Shown in pieces: positions 1 through 6,504 of a DNA stretch of 31,008 bases. Under the pieces are notes generated by a model that searched no databases, was not told where the DNA came from, and saw only the letters and a list, made by a program, of their open reading frames with translations. Where the stretch lies: positions 1 through 31,008 of IMG/VR virus record IMGVR_UViG_3300020042_007756; one strand, written 5' to 3'. The translations under genes and the position numbers were made by a program. This stretch comes from a virus (lineage: Duplodnaviria > Caudoviricetes). The first letter of the stretch is position 1. Every line of letters starts with the position of its first letter.

Positions 1-70
1 GATACATGCTGTTGTTTTTGGACCTGGTGTTAGAACAACTGGATATAAACAAGGAGCAGGAATAACATAA
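1..70 (+). CDS. 3' end of an upstream gene (partial, ...IHAVVFGPGVRTTGYKQGAGIT*)
   Basis: Open frame from position 2 to TAA at 68-70, followed by an A-rich spacer and the ATG at 87. Confidence 0.45.
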   Translation, partial: IHAVVFGPGVRTTGYKQGAGIT

Positions 71-86
71 AAATAAAAATAAAATA

Positions 87-380
87 ATGATAGTAGTAGA
101 TACAGAACATTTCGTTCAAGGTTCGGCACCAGAAATAACAAGAGTTGATGTTGGTGATGAAAAAAACCTTATTAAAGTAAATATGTTTCCGGAACAAGAA
201 TTTGGATACTTTTTTATTGGAACTCTTGATAGAGACCTTTATATAATTTATACGGACACAACTCAACCAGACCCTGATAGAATTTATAAGTTTTATGTTT
301 TAGAAGATGGAACTTATGAATATGTTGATATAACACCAACACCACCAGCACCACCTGATGAGACAGATGAACTACCATAA
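87..380 (+). CDS. Hypothetical protein, acidic with Pro-rich C-terminus
   Basis: 97-aa ORF with A-rich upstream region; converges on 424..1629. Confidence 0.7.
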   Translation: MIVVDTEHFVQGSAPEITRVDVGDEKNLIKVNMFPEQEFGYFFIGTLDRDLYIIYTDTTQPDPDRIYKFYVLEDGTYEYVDITPTPPAPPDETDELP

Positions 381-423
381 AAAGACAAAAGGGTTTAATT
401 GGTGTTCTATTTACATTTGTAAA

Positions 424-1629
424 TTAACTCATAGAGATTTCTAAAGTCCATTGATGTCTACAGTAAGGCGTTGTCTCAGAAGTTCCTGGTTTTCTATAAA
501 AACCACCTCTCCATAAAAACACATCTGGTTCTAAGCCTGGATAGTTAGCAAACATTTCTTCTAAGTGAGTGTTACTTAGACTTCTTATTTCTTCAATAGT
601 ATATCTTCTATCGGATTTTAATAAAGTTTTACAAAAAGGTCTACTACCACTTTTTGCTTCAGGAATTCCTGGTATCTCTTGATAACGATAAAAGAAGTTT
701 ATAGTTGCAAACTTTAAATCAATTAGTTTTCTTTCTCTCTCTTCAATCATTTCAGCCTCCTGAATACTACTTACAGGAAAAGACTTTAAAACCTTCTTAG
801 GATTAACCTGACGACCTCTAACAGACAACATCTCTAACACAGGATCTTCTCCTGTCATTAGTAAATCAAATTCAAATCTTTTATCTAATTGTTGAATCTC
901 ACCGAAGACTAAGTTGTCTTCTGTTAAGTTCGCTTGTTTTAATTGATTCCAAACTTTGTTATCTTTTCTTTTAATCTTACGAGAAGACCTAACATAAACT
1001 TTGAAACCCATCTCTTTATATTTTCTTGCTACTTCAACATCAAAGTCTTCATTGAAAAGAACTCTTCTTACTTTAGCAAACTTTTGAGAATTAAGTTTTT
1101 CTTTTTTAATTTGTTCTAACTTTCTTTGAGCCCATTCTACTCCAGCATCTCCACCCCAGGCTAACCACATTAAACGACCACAACCATCACCTAATTTTCT
1201 ATTAGAGTTTTGTCTTTGTCTTTCAAAAGAAGCCATACGAGAAATTGTTTCTTCACTTATTGACTCACCTTTTGCTAATTGATTTGCTCTTGCTTTTCCT
1301 ACAGGTGTTCCACAATCACCCCAACCATTTTCTTCAGCCCATCTTAAGGCAGAAGCAGCTGCTTCTTTTGCAGCTTCTGGATAATCATTGTAACTTGCAA
1401 AAGAAAGATTCTTTAATTCACTTTCGTGATAAAGATATTCAGAATCTTCTGTATGTTCTTCACCAGTCATTAAACGACCTGTTTCATCTTTGTGTGTAGG
1501 TCCAGTCCATAACTCACCATCAGCTGTATAGTGTTTAACACCAGGTTCAAGATTAACATTGATAGGTGCTTCTGTTGACCAAGTTGCATCTGATACAGAA
1601 GCAGTAGCCGATTTGCGATATTCTTGCAT
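424..1629 (-). CDS. Modular head-associated protein with C-terminal head-morphogenesis-like (Mu gpF/SPP1 gp7-like) Cys motifs
   Basis: SRPFC...CRHQW at the C-terminus; internal SYNDYP...GTPVGKARANQLA...WGGDAG module; preceded by the phage promoter motif. Confidence 0.55.
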   Translation of the reverse strand: MQEYRKSATASVSDATWSTEAPINVNLEPGVKHYTADGELWTGPTHKDETGRLMTGEEHTEDSEYLYHESELKNLSFASYNDYPEAAKEAAASALRWAEENGWGDCGTPVGKARANQLAKGESISEETISRMASFERQRQNSNRKLGDGCGRLMWLAWGGDAGVEWAQRKLEQIKKEKLNSQKFAKVRRVLFNEDFDVEVARKYKEMGFKVYVRSSRKIKRKDNKVWNQLKQANLTEDNLVFGEIQQLDKRFEFDLLMTGEDPVLEMLSVRGRQVNPKKVLKSFPVSSIQEAEMIEERERKLIDLKFATINFFYRYQEIPGIPEAKSGSRPFCKTLLKSDRRYTIEEIRSLSNTHLEEMFANYPGLEPDVFLWRGGFYRKPGTSETTPYCRHQWTLEISMS

Positions 1630-1647
1630 TACTAAATCGTTTTCTTT

Positions 1648-1676
1648 TTATGTTTAATATCCGTATAAATGTTTAT
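1648..1676 (-). promoter_or_regulatory. Phage promoter-like motif ATAAACA-N16-ACATAA
   Basis: Same 16-nt spacing as the other copies; upstream of the ATG at 1629. Confidence 0.65.
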
Positions 1677-1881
1677 TCTCATGATACCAAGACTTTAATC
1701 TACCCCATACACGAGCTCTGCAACCACTACATGCAGTTGAGTGTTCTTGATTTTCCCAGAATATCTGGTTATGTGTGTTAAATATCTGACGGATAACTTC
1801 CGCAGGCACATTGTAGTTCTCTTTACCTTGCCACTCTGTTACTAATCCGTGTGCTTTTAAAAATGTTTCTTCACTAATCAT
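1654..1881 (-). CDS. Small CxxC protein (likely start MISEETF at 1881)
   Basis: ATGA overlap with the upstream stop at 1878-1880; STACSGC motif. Confidence 0.7.
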   Translation of the reverse strand: MISEETFLKAHGLVTEWQGKENYNVPAEVIRQIFNTHNQIFWENQEHSTACSGCRARVWGRLKSWYHENKHLYGY

Positions 1882-2129
1882 AATCTTCCTTCTATTAATT
1901 TTCTGCAAATAAGTTCGCCTAACACGGCTGAACAACTTGCTACAAATAAGTCTAAACTTTGAAACCATATCAGTTTATATAAAATGGCTATCCAAAAAGT
2001 TGAACAAAGACAGCAATTGATAAGTCTTGAGAACCAGTTGTCTTTCTTATAAAGACTCTTTAATCTAATCATAGGCTCTGCGGTAATCCAAAGAACACCT
2101 ATACAAGCCAATCCAATAATTTCTAACAT
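1878..2129 (-). CDS. Small membrane protein, DUF1360-like
   Basis: Hydrophobic segments and LINCCLCSTFW, resembling the CxxC...W motif of DUF1360. Confidence 0.55.
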   Translation of the reverse strand: MLEIIGLACIGVLWITAEPMIRLKSLYKKDNWFSRLINCCLCSTFWIAILYKLIWFQSLDLFVASCSAVLGELICRKLIEGRL

Positions 2130-2677
2130 TCGTCATTTATCTTTTTTTTCAAATCATTTATCATACCATACACGGCAGACATCGGTAGATTTAACCGTTT
2201 AGCAACACCTCTTATAGATAACATTTGTGTGATGTAAAGGTCATAAAGAACTTTCTCGTGTGATTGTAAAGTAATATAAACTTTTCTGACTGAGATTATC
2301 TTCATCACTTCTACTTCTGAGAACCTACGATGTAAGTCTATAATAAACTCTTTAACATCATCACCTATATCTTCTGCTTTAATATCTAAGTTATCATCAA
2401 TTGCTTCACCTTCTGTATCCCATTCTTCATTAAAGTTATTTACTGCAATAGATTTTCTAAAATCACTATTAGACCACTTAACATTATTCTTCATCCAACT
2501 TTGTAAAAACTTAATTCTATCATTACCATCAGGAATCAAAGAAAATTTAGACCAGTTCTTTTCTAAATAGAAAGTCAAAAAGGCTATCAGTTCTGCCCAT
2601 TCTTCAGGATGCCATCTACGAGCCCAATATGAGATGATTTTATAATTATCATTTAACCACTGTTGCCAGTTATGCAT
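2123..2677 (-). CDS. ECF/sigma70-like RNA polymerase sigma factor or related HTH regulator
   Basis: 184 aa; region-2-like N-terminus and region-4-like HTH (LYDLYITQMLSIRGVAKRLNLPMSAVYGMINDLKKKI). Confidence 0.7.
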   Translation of the reverse strand: MHNWQQWLNDNYKIISYWARRWHPEEWAELIAFLTFYLEKNWSKFSLIPDGNDRIKFLQSWMKNNVKWSNSDFRKSIAVNNFNEEWDTEGEAIDDNLDIKAEDIGDDVKEFIIDLHRRFSEVEVMKIISVRKVYITLQSHEKVLYDLYITQMLSIRGVAKRLNLPMSAVYGMINDLKKKINDEC

Positions 2678-3026
2678 ATTCGTTGTTGAGTAGTTTTCTT
2701 AAGTTAGCCGCTACTTCAAACTCTTCTGATTCAATTGCGAACTGAATCCAAAGTTCAATAGTTTGTCCTATGAATAACCAATTTTGTAAGTATATCTCAC
2801 CGTCAGTTAATTGCGAGAAATCATATGAGTAAGTATCAATCTTAAAACAAAGTATCTTAACTTTTCTATTTGAAATAAACTCTTTAACAACTCCATTAAA
2901 GTAACAATCAAGTATCTCAAATAGAATTGTTGTTACCTCATCCTTTATATCAACATCACTTTTCCACTTTCTGAGATAGTCAGGCACATAAATTGTTTCT
3001 GCTATTTTTCTTTTAAGTTCTTCCAT
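2670..3026 (-). CDS. Hypothetical protein with C-terminal UVR (UvrB/UvrC)-like motif
   Basis: AIESEEFEVAANLRKLL fits the A..E.FE.AA.LR pattern. Confidence 0.55.
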   Translation of the reverse strand: MEELKRKIAETIYVPDYLRKWKSDVDIKDEVTTILFEILDCYFNGVVKEFISNRKVKILCFKIDTYSYDFSQLTDGEIYLQNWLFIGQTIELWIQFAIESEEFEVAANLRKLLNNEYA

Positions 3027-3045
3027 ATTAAATATATATATTAAC

Positions 3046-3699
3046 TTAATCCTTATACCTAAATCTAAGTCTTTTGTGTTTCTTATTTAAATAACCACCG
3101 TTATCACACGACTTTTGAACAATATTTCTACTGATTTTATGTTCAGCAGCTGCCATTCTAAGAGAGATATACTCTTTAATTGTAACACCTGAACTATCAA
3201 TCTGTTCAACAGTTCTACCTTTTCTGTAAGAACCTTTAACAACAAACTCACCAGTCATCATTCTGTTTAGTTCTAACAACATATATTGTATCTGTTGGTC
3301 TGGTTCTAAACTTGAATATTTATTCTCGTTATTTACACAATCCATATAAATGTGTGCAATCTTAAAAGGGTCTACAGGGTTAAAAAGGTTCCAACGAAGT
3401 TTAACAAGTAAGATTTTGATTTGTGGTGTCCATTGTCTAATGGTTTTACTTGCATTCTTAGGCATCTGAGATTTTCTATAAGATTGACTGAAGTTACCTT
3501 CAATAGCAAAGCAATGTCTACAAAGAGTTTTACCAATAGTTGTAAAGAATCTTCTATTACAATTCTGACACTTGCTGTGGTCTTGTTTACTTAAGCCTCT
3601 ACACTTTGAACACTCAGTCATGTCTTCTTTTTGAGTAAGAGCCTTTTTATTACAGGTTTTACAGATAAAAGGTTTTCCTTTATAAACATACTTTTCCAT
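3046..3699 (-). CDS. Zn-finger plus NUMOD1-like DNA-binding protein (likely start MEKYVY at 3699)
   Basis: Four CxxC pairs at the N-terminus; C-terminal VEQID...EYISLRMAAAEHKISRNIVQKSC...FRYK resembles NUMOD1. Confidence 0.65.
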   Translation of the reverse strand: MEKYVYKGKPFICKTCNKKALTQKEDMTECSKCRGLSKQDHSKCQNCNRRFFTTIGKTLCRHCFAIEGNFSQSYRKSQMPKNASKTIRQWTPQIKILLVKLRWNLFNPVDPFKIAHIYMDCVNNENKYSSLEPDQQIQYMLLELNRMMTGEFVVKGSYRKGRTVEQIDSSGVTIKEYISLRMAAAEHKISRNIVQKSCDNGGYLNKKHKRLRFRYKD

Positions 3700-3704
3700 A
3701 ATTG

Positions 3705-3738
3705 TTATACTCAACTTTTTTGAATTTGTTGGATATAA
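3705..3738. promoter_or_regulatory. Overlapping divergent promoter-like motifs: CAACA-N16-GTATAA (minus) and CAACT-N16-ATATAA (plus)
   Basis: Variants of the recurrent motif with 16-nt spacing, between divergent genes starting at 3699(-) and 3778(+). Confidence 0.5.
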
Positions 3739-3777
3739 ATTAGACGGCAATGCCGCTAAAATAAAAACTTAAATTTT

Positions 3778-4386
3778 ATGCGTGAAAAAACAAAAGTCGA
3801 GTTAACAAAACTCGCAGAGATTATGGTATCAAAGTATCAAATCAATGAAATCAAAGGAACAAATATCTTACTCGAATATGCTTTAACAGAAGCAAGAAGA
3901 AACGATATTCGTATAGATGTTCAATCTATTAGAAAGTATGAAAAATGGTTAGAAGTAAAGTGTTTAGACTTACAAGGTCACATTGATTATATGGCGTCAC
4001 AAAGTAAATCTATTGAAGAAGAAGTAGATGATGAGTTAGAAGATGATCATAACTTTTATGATTGTTACGGTGATGTAATAGATGATATGTCAATTCTTCA
4101 TAAAGCAATCGAGATAATGAGTAGGTTTACAAATGATGATTCAACCTCTACGGTAAGTCAGTCTTATATTGGTCAAAAATTTCCTGACTATTCTATGTTT
4201 GTTGTAAGTGAGGATGGCCTAATGGTAGTTAAAGGTTCATATAAAGGCAGACTATTAGACGAAATAGATGAGGTTAATTTTAAAGGTGCGAAAAGAGGAT
4301 GGGCTAAATGGTGTTTAGAAAACGACAAGAACCTAACAGACGATGATAGAGATGTCTTTAAAAAGATAATGATGAATCAGATGTAA
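3778..4386 (+). CDS. Hypothetical acidic protein; C-terminus weakly resembles the G(K/S)YKG..L.EI...W module (DUF3820-like)
   Basis: 202-aa ORF followed by a terminator; KGSYKGRLLDEID...WAKWCLEN. Confidence 0.7.
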   Translation: MREKTKVELTKLAEIMVSKYQINEIKGTNILLEYALTEARRNDIRIDVQSIRKYEKWLEVKCLDLQGHIDYMASQSKSIEEEVDDELEDDHNFYDCYGDVIDDMSILHKAIEIMSRFTNDDSTSTVSQSYIGQKFPDYSMFVVSEDGLMVVKGSYKGRLLDEIDEVNFKGAKRGWAKWCLENDKNLTDDDRDVFKKIMMNQM

Positions 4387-4393
4387 TCACAAC

Positions 4394-4423
4394 GAGACGA
4401 CTTGAGGGTCGTCTCTTTTTTTT
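4394..4423 (+). terminator. Rho-independent terminator
   Basis: GAGACGACT-TGAG-GGTCGTCTC stem followed by T8. Confidence 0.9.
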
Positions 4424-4482
4424 GCAATAAATAATCCAACTTTCTAAACTTTTTATTTTTTTTGAATATACATTAACATAAC

Positions 4483-4912
4483 AGGCAATCAAAAGCAAAT
4501 AACAAGCACAAATCAAAAGCAATTAACGGATTTACTACAGAGCGGGGCACGACAACGCTGGCTGTATGTATCTAATCGCGATACCAGGAGGACTATACGA
4601 ATCGCAACTATAGAGTTTAAGTCAGAAGTAGTATGTATAGCGGAGGATCTCAAACCTTTGAAAGTTGCTGACCAATCACATACAGAGATGCTATGTGTGC
4701 GACCGACACTTGTAATCAGAAAGAAAGATTATTGATGGAGGTAGAAAGATTCTAAGCAAGTTTAATCACTTGTAAGGAATGAAGTCTGCTTCCCTCTACT
4801 TGAATCAGAAAAAAGGATTGCCCACCATACCAGCAACATCATTTAACAATCTTAACACGAGTTGAAGTGTGAGCCCACACGGAAACGAAACTCGTGATGA
4901 TGGATTATGCCT
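4483..4912 (+). ncRNA. Putative large structured non-coding RNA (~430 nt), class unknown
   Basis: No ORF of 60 aa or more; visibly richer in G+C than its flanks; about ten nested stems, long-range pairings, and G-U wobbles favouring the + strand. Confidence 0.6.
4487..4527 (+). repeat. 17-nt direct repeat AATCAAAAGCAA(A/T)TAAC, two copies, 24-nt period
   Basis: Copies at 4487-4503 and 4511-4527 with one mismatch. Confidence 0.8.
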
Positions 4913-4919
4913 TAGTGGA

Positions 4920-5102
4920 TTAACCGTAAATCTTATCTAAATAAACTATATCTTCTCTAATTTCATTATCGGTAATGACCGTCTTAGGATCGACATACTT
5001 AGCCATCATTGTGTTAAGTTTATCTTGTTCGTGTTGAAACATCACGAGTGGCATACAGTTGATGATTGCTTGAATTACCCAGTTTCTTTCTTTTTGTGTC
5101 AT
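4920..5102 (-). CDS. Hypothetical protein (60 aa), probable early gene
   Basis: ORF directly downstream of a Bacteroidota-type promoter. Confidence 0.7.
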   Translation of the reverse strand: MTQKERNWVIQAIINCMPLVMFQHEQDKLNTMMAKYVDPKTVITDNEIREDIVYLDKIYG

Positions 5103-5123
5103 AATGGTTATTTAATTGTTTAA

Positions 5124-5153
5124 CAAAGATACTAAAACTTTTCGAACTACAAA
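5124..5153 (-). promoter_or_regulatory. Bacteroidota housekeeping-type promoter TTTG-N18-TATCTTTG
   Basis: Fits the -33 TTTG / -7 TAnnTTTG consensus upstream of the ATG at 5102. Confidence 0.7.
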
Positions 5154-5179
5154 AACATTTTAGAACTTTTTTTATATAA
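5151..5179 (+). promoter_or_regulatory. Phage promoter-like motif AAAAACA-N16-ATATAA
   Basis: Full motif with 16-nt spacing; no sizeable convincing ORF downstream. Confidence 0.6.
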
Positions 5180-5184
5180 CTTAA

Positions 5185-5319
5185 GATGAGTGGTGTTGAA
5201 ATCTCATCGTATATTATTTGACGCAATATATTTATTTTACAAATCAACACCAACACTTTCTAATGTGTAAAACCCGACTATCAATTTGAATTGCCGTTTA
5301 AGTAAAGTCGGGTTTTTTT
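5185..5319 (+). ncRNA. Possible small structured RNA (~135 nt)
   Basis: Lies between the promoter motif and a terminator; stems TGGTGTTGA/TCAACACCA, GATGAG/CTCATC and TATATT/AATATA. Confidence 0.4.
5269..5319. terminator. Bidirectional terminator-like hairpin
   Basis: AAAACCCGACT...AGTCGGGTTTTTTT with a long loop, at the end of the 5318..5503(-) gene. Confidence 0.7.
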
Positions 5320-5503
5320 ATTTAAGACCTTTAGTCTTTTCAAACTCTTTAGACCAGAACTCCCAGTCTATTGACTCGTCTTCATTTTTAAGTCGAGTCT
5401 TAGTCTTCTTCTTATTCTCTTCATCGATACACAACTGCCATAGTTGTTCATCAGTTAGCTTTTCTTCTTTCATATTAGGATTAAGAAAAGTTTGAGAATC
5501 CAT
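5318..5503 (-). CDS. Hypothetical protein (likely start MDSQ at 5503)
   Basis: Charged ORF overlapping the end of 5481..5750. Confidence 0.55.
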   Translation of the reverse strand: MDSQTFLNPNMKEEKLTDEQLWQLCIDEENKKKTKTRLKNEDESIDWEFWSKEFEKTKGLK

Positions 5504-5750
5504 AAAGAGAACTTCTACTGATGAATACCTGACGACCATTTAAAAAAAACTTGATAGATTGCTTAGAAGGTGTGATATGTATCTCAGTATCTAACAGGTT
5601 TGTGACGGCTTGTTCATGTGTTATACTGTAAAGTTCAGCATAATCTCTCACAAGACGATGTAAGTCGATAATAAGGTCATAGTTGTTATTTGAATTGACT
5701 AAATAACTGTAGTCAATTAGATTTGTTTTGATTGTCTTACAAGTTTTCAT
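5481..5750 (-). CDS. Hypothetical protein, probable early gene
   Basis: 89-aa ORF downstream of a TATATTTG promoter. Confidence 0.6.
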   Translation of the reverse strand: MKTCKTIKTNLIDYSYLVNSNNNYDLIIDLHRLVRDYAELYSITHEQAVTNLLDTEIHITPSKQSIKFFLNGRQVFISRSSLYGFSNFS

Positions 5751-5773
5751 AGTGTGTGTTTTTAATTGTTTAA

Positions 5774-5804
5774 CAAATATACGAAAACAAAAACAATCTC
5801 ACAA
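5774..5804 (-). promoter_or_regulatory. Bacteroidota housekeeping-type promoter TTG-N20-TATATTTG
   Basis: -7 TAnnTTTG consensus; 5761-5782 is nearly identical to 5111-5132. Confidence 0.7.
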
Positions 5805-5817
5805 GTTTTTTATATAA
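5789..5817 (+). promoter_or_regulatory. Phage promoter-like motif AAAAACA-N16-ATATAA
   Basis: The TerS ATG (5823) lies 5 nt after the second box. Confidence 0.7.
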
Positions 5818-5822
5818 TAAAT

Positions 5823-6227
5823 ATGAAAAACCACGAAAAAAAAGATTTCTCTAAAGAAGACATCATTATGTCCTTAGTCAAAATGAGAGTTGAGAAGTTT
5901 GCAACAACTAAGACAATGCTTGACTTTCTAATGAAAGAGATAGGATATGCACAAACTTATTCATATGAACTAATTAAAATATCTAAGACCAGAATAAATG
6001 AAATCTTTAAAGAAGAACACGAAGAGTCATTTCACAATGCAATGGCAAGACTTGAAGAGATTATAGAGTCATCTAAAAATGAAAAGGTTAGATTAGAAGC
6101 ACAAAAAGAAATGAATAAGTTACTTGGTCTACACAAACCACAAAAGGTTGATGTGACCTCTAACGGAAAAGATTTACAGATAGGTGAAGTAATAGTTAAA
6201 ATAATTAGAAGAGATGAAGACTTGTAA
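5823..6227 (+). CDS. terS: Terminase small subunit (likely start MKNHEK at 5823)
   Basis: Helical protein upstream of TerL with C-terminal KLLGL...KVDVTSNGK. Confidence 0.7.
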   Translation: MKNHEKKDFSKEDIIMSLVKMRVEKFATTKTMLDFLMKEIGYAQTYSYELIKISKTRINEIFKEEHEESFHNAMARLEEIIESSKNEKVRLEAQKEMNKLLGLHKPQKVDVTSNGKDLQIGEVIVKIIRRDEDL

Positions 6228-6504
6228 AAAATGTGAGTGTCAAAAAGAAACAACTGATTTTTATAATCAGAAAAGATATCGAGATAACTTAGACCCAATT
6301 TGTAAAGTATGTAGAGACCAGACTTCTCGTCAATATTACTTAGACAATAAAGAAAAGATGGATGAGTATAAAAGAACTTGGAATGTTCTTAATAAAGAAA
6401 GACTTGTTATAAGAAGAAAAGCTTATTATCAAAACAATAAAGAAAGGTTTAAGATATATTATGAGACCTGTAGAAAAAAGAAACTGAATGAAGTTAGAGA
6501 TTGA
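6214..6504 (+). CDS. Zn-binding protein resembling the N-terminus of phage HNH endonucleases, with no nuclease domain
   Basis: KTCKKC...DFY...ICKVC followed by YY..NKE repeats; no HNH motif. Confidence 0.6.
   Translation: MKTCKKCECQKETTDFYNQKRYRDNLDPICKVCRDQTSRQYYLDNKEKMDEYKRTWNVLNKERLVIRRKAYYQNNKERFKIYYETCRKKKLNEVRD

Noticed and set aside
44-70. Promoter motif ATAAACA...ACATAA before gene 87
   Set aside because: Spacer is 13 nt rather than 16
3195-4270. Shared peptide VVKGSY(R)KGR...ID in the divergent genes 3046..3699 and 3778..4386
   Set aside because: Short, with unrelated surroundings and different apparent domain contexts; likely coincidence
4487-4527. Mini CRISPR array
   Set aside because: Only two 17-nt repeats 7 nt apart; no cas genes
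4856-4900. Hammerhead ribozyme (CGAAAC pairing with GTT, nearby TGATGA)
   Set aside because: No CUGANGA core between stems I and II in the required order
4544-4923. tmRNA-like hints: GGGGC at 4544, CCCACCA at 4821-4827 and a DYALVD* frame at 4903-4923
   Set aside because: No 7-bp acceptor stem with G3-U70, no T-arm next to the CCA, and the tag-like frame lies downstream of the CCA with no 5' acceptor strand before it
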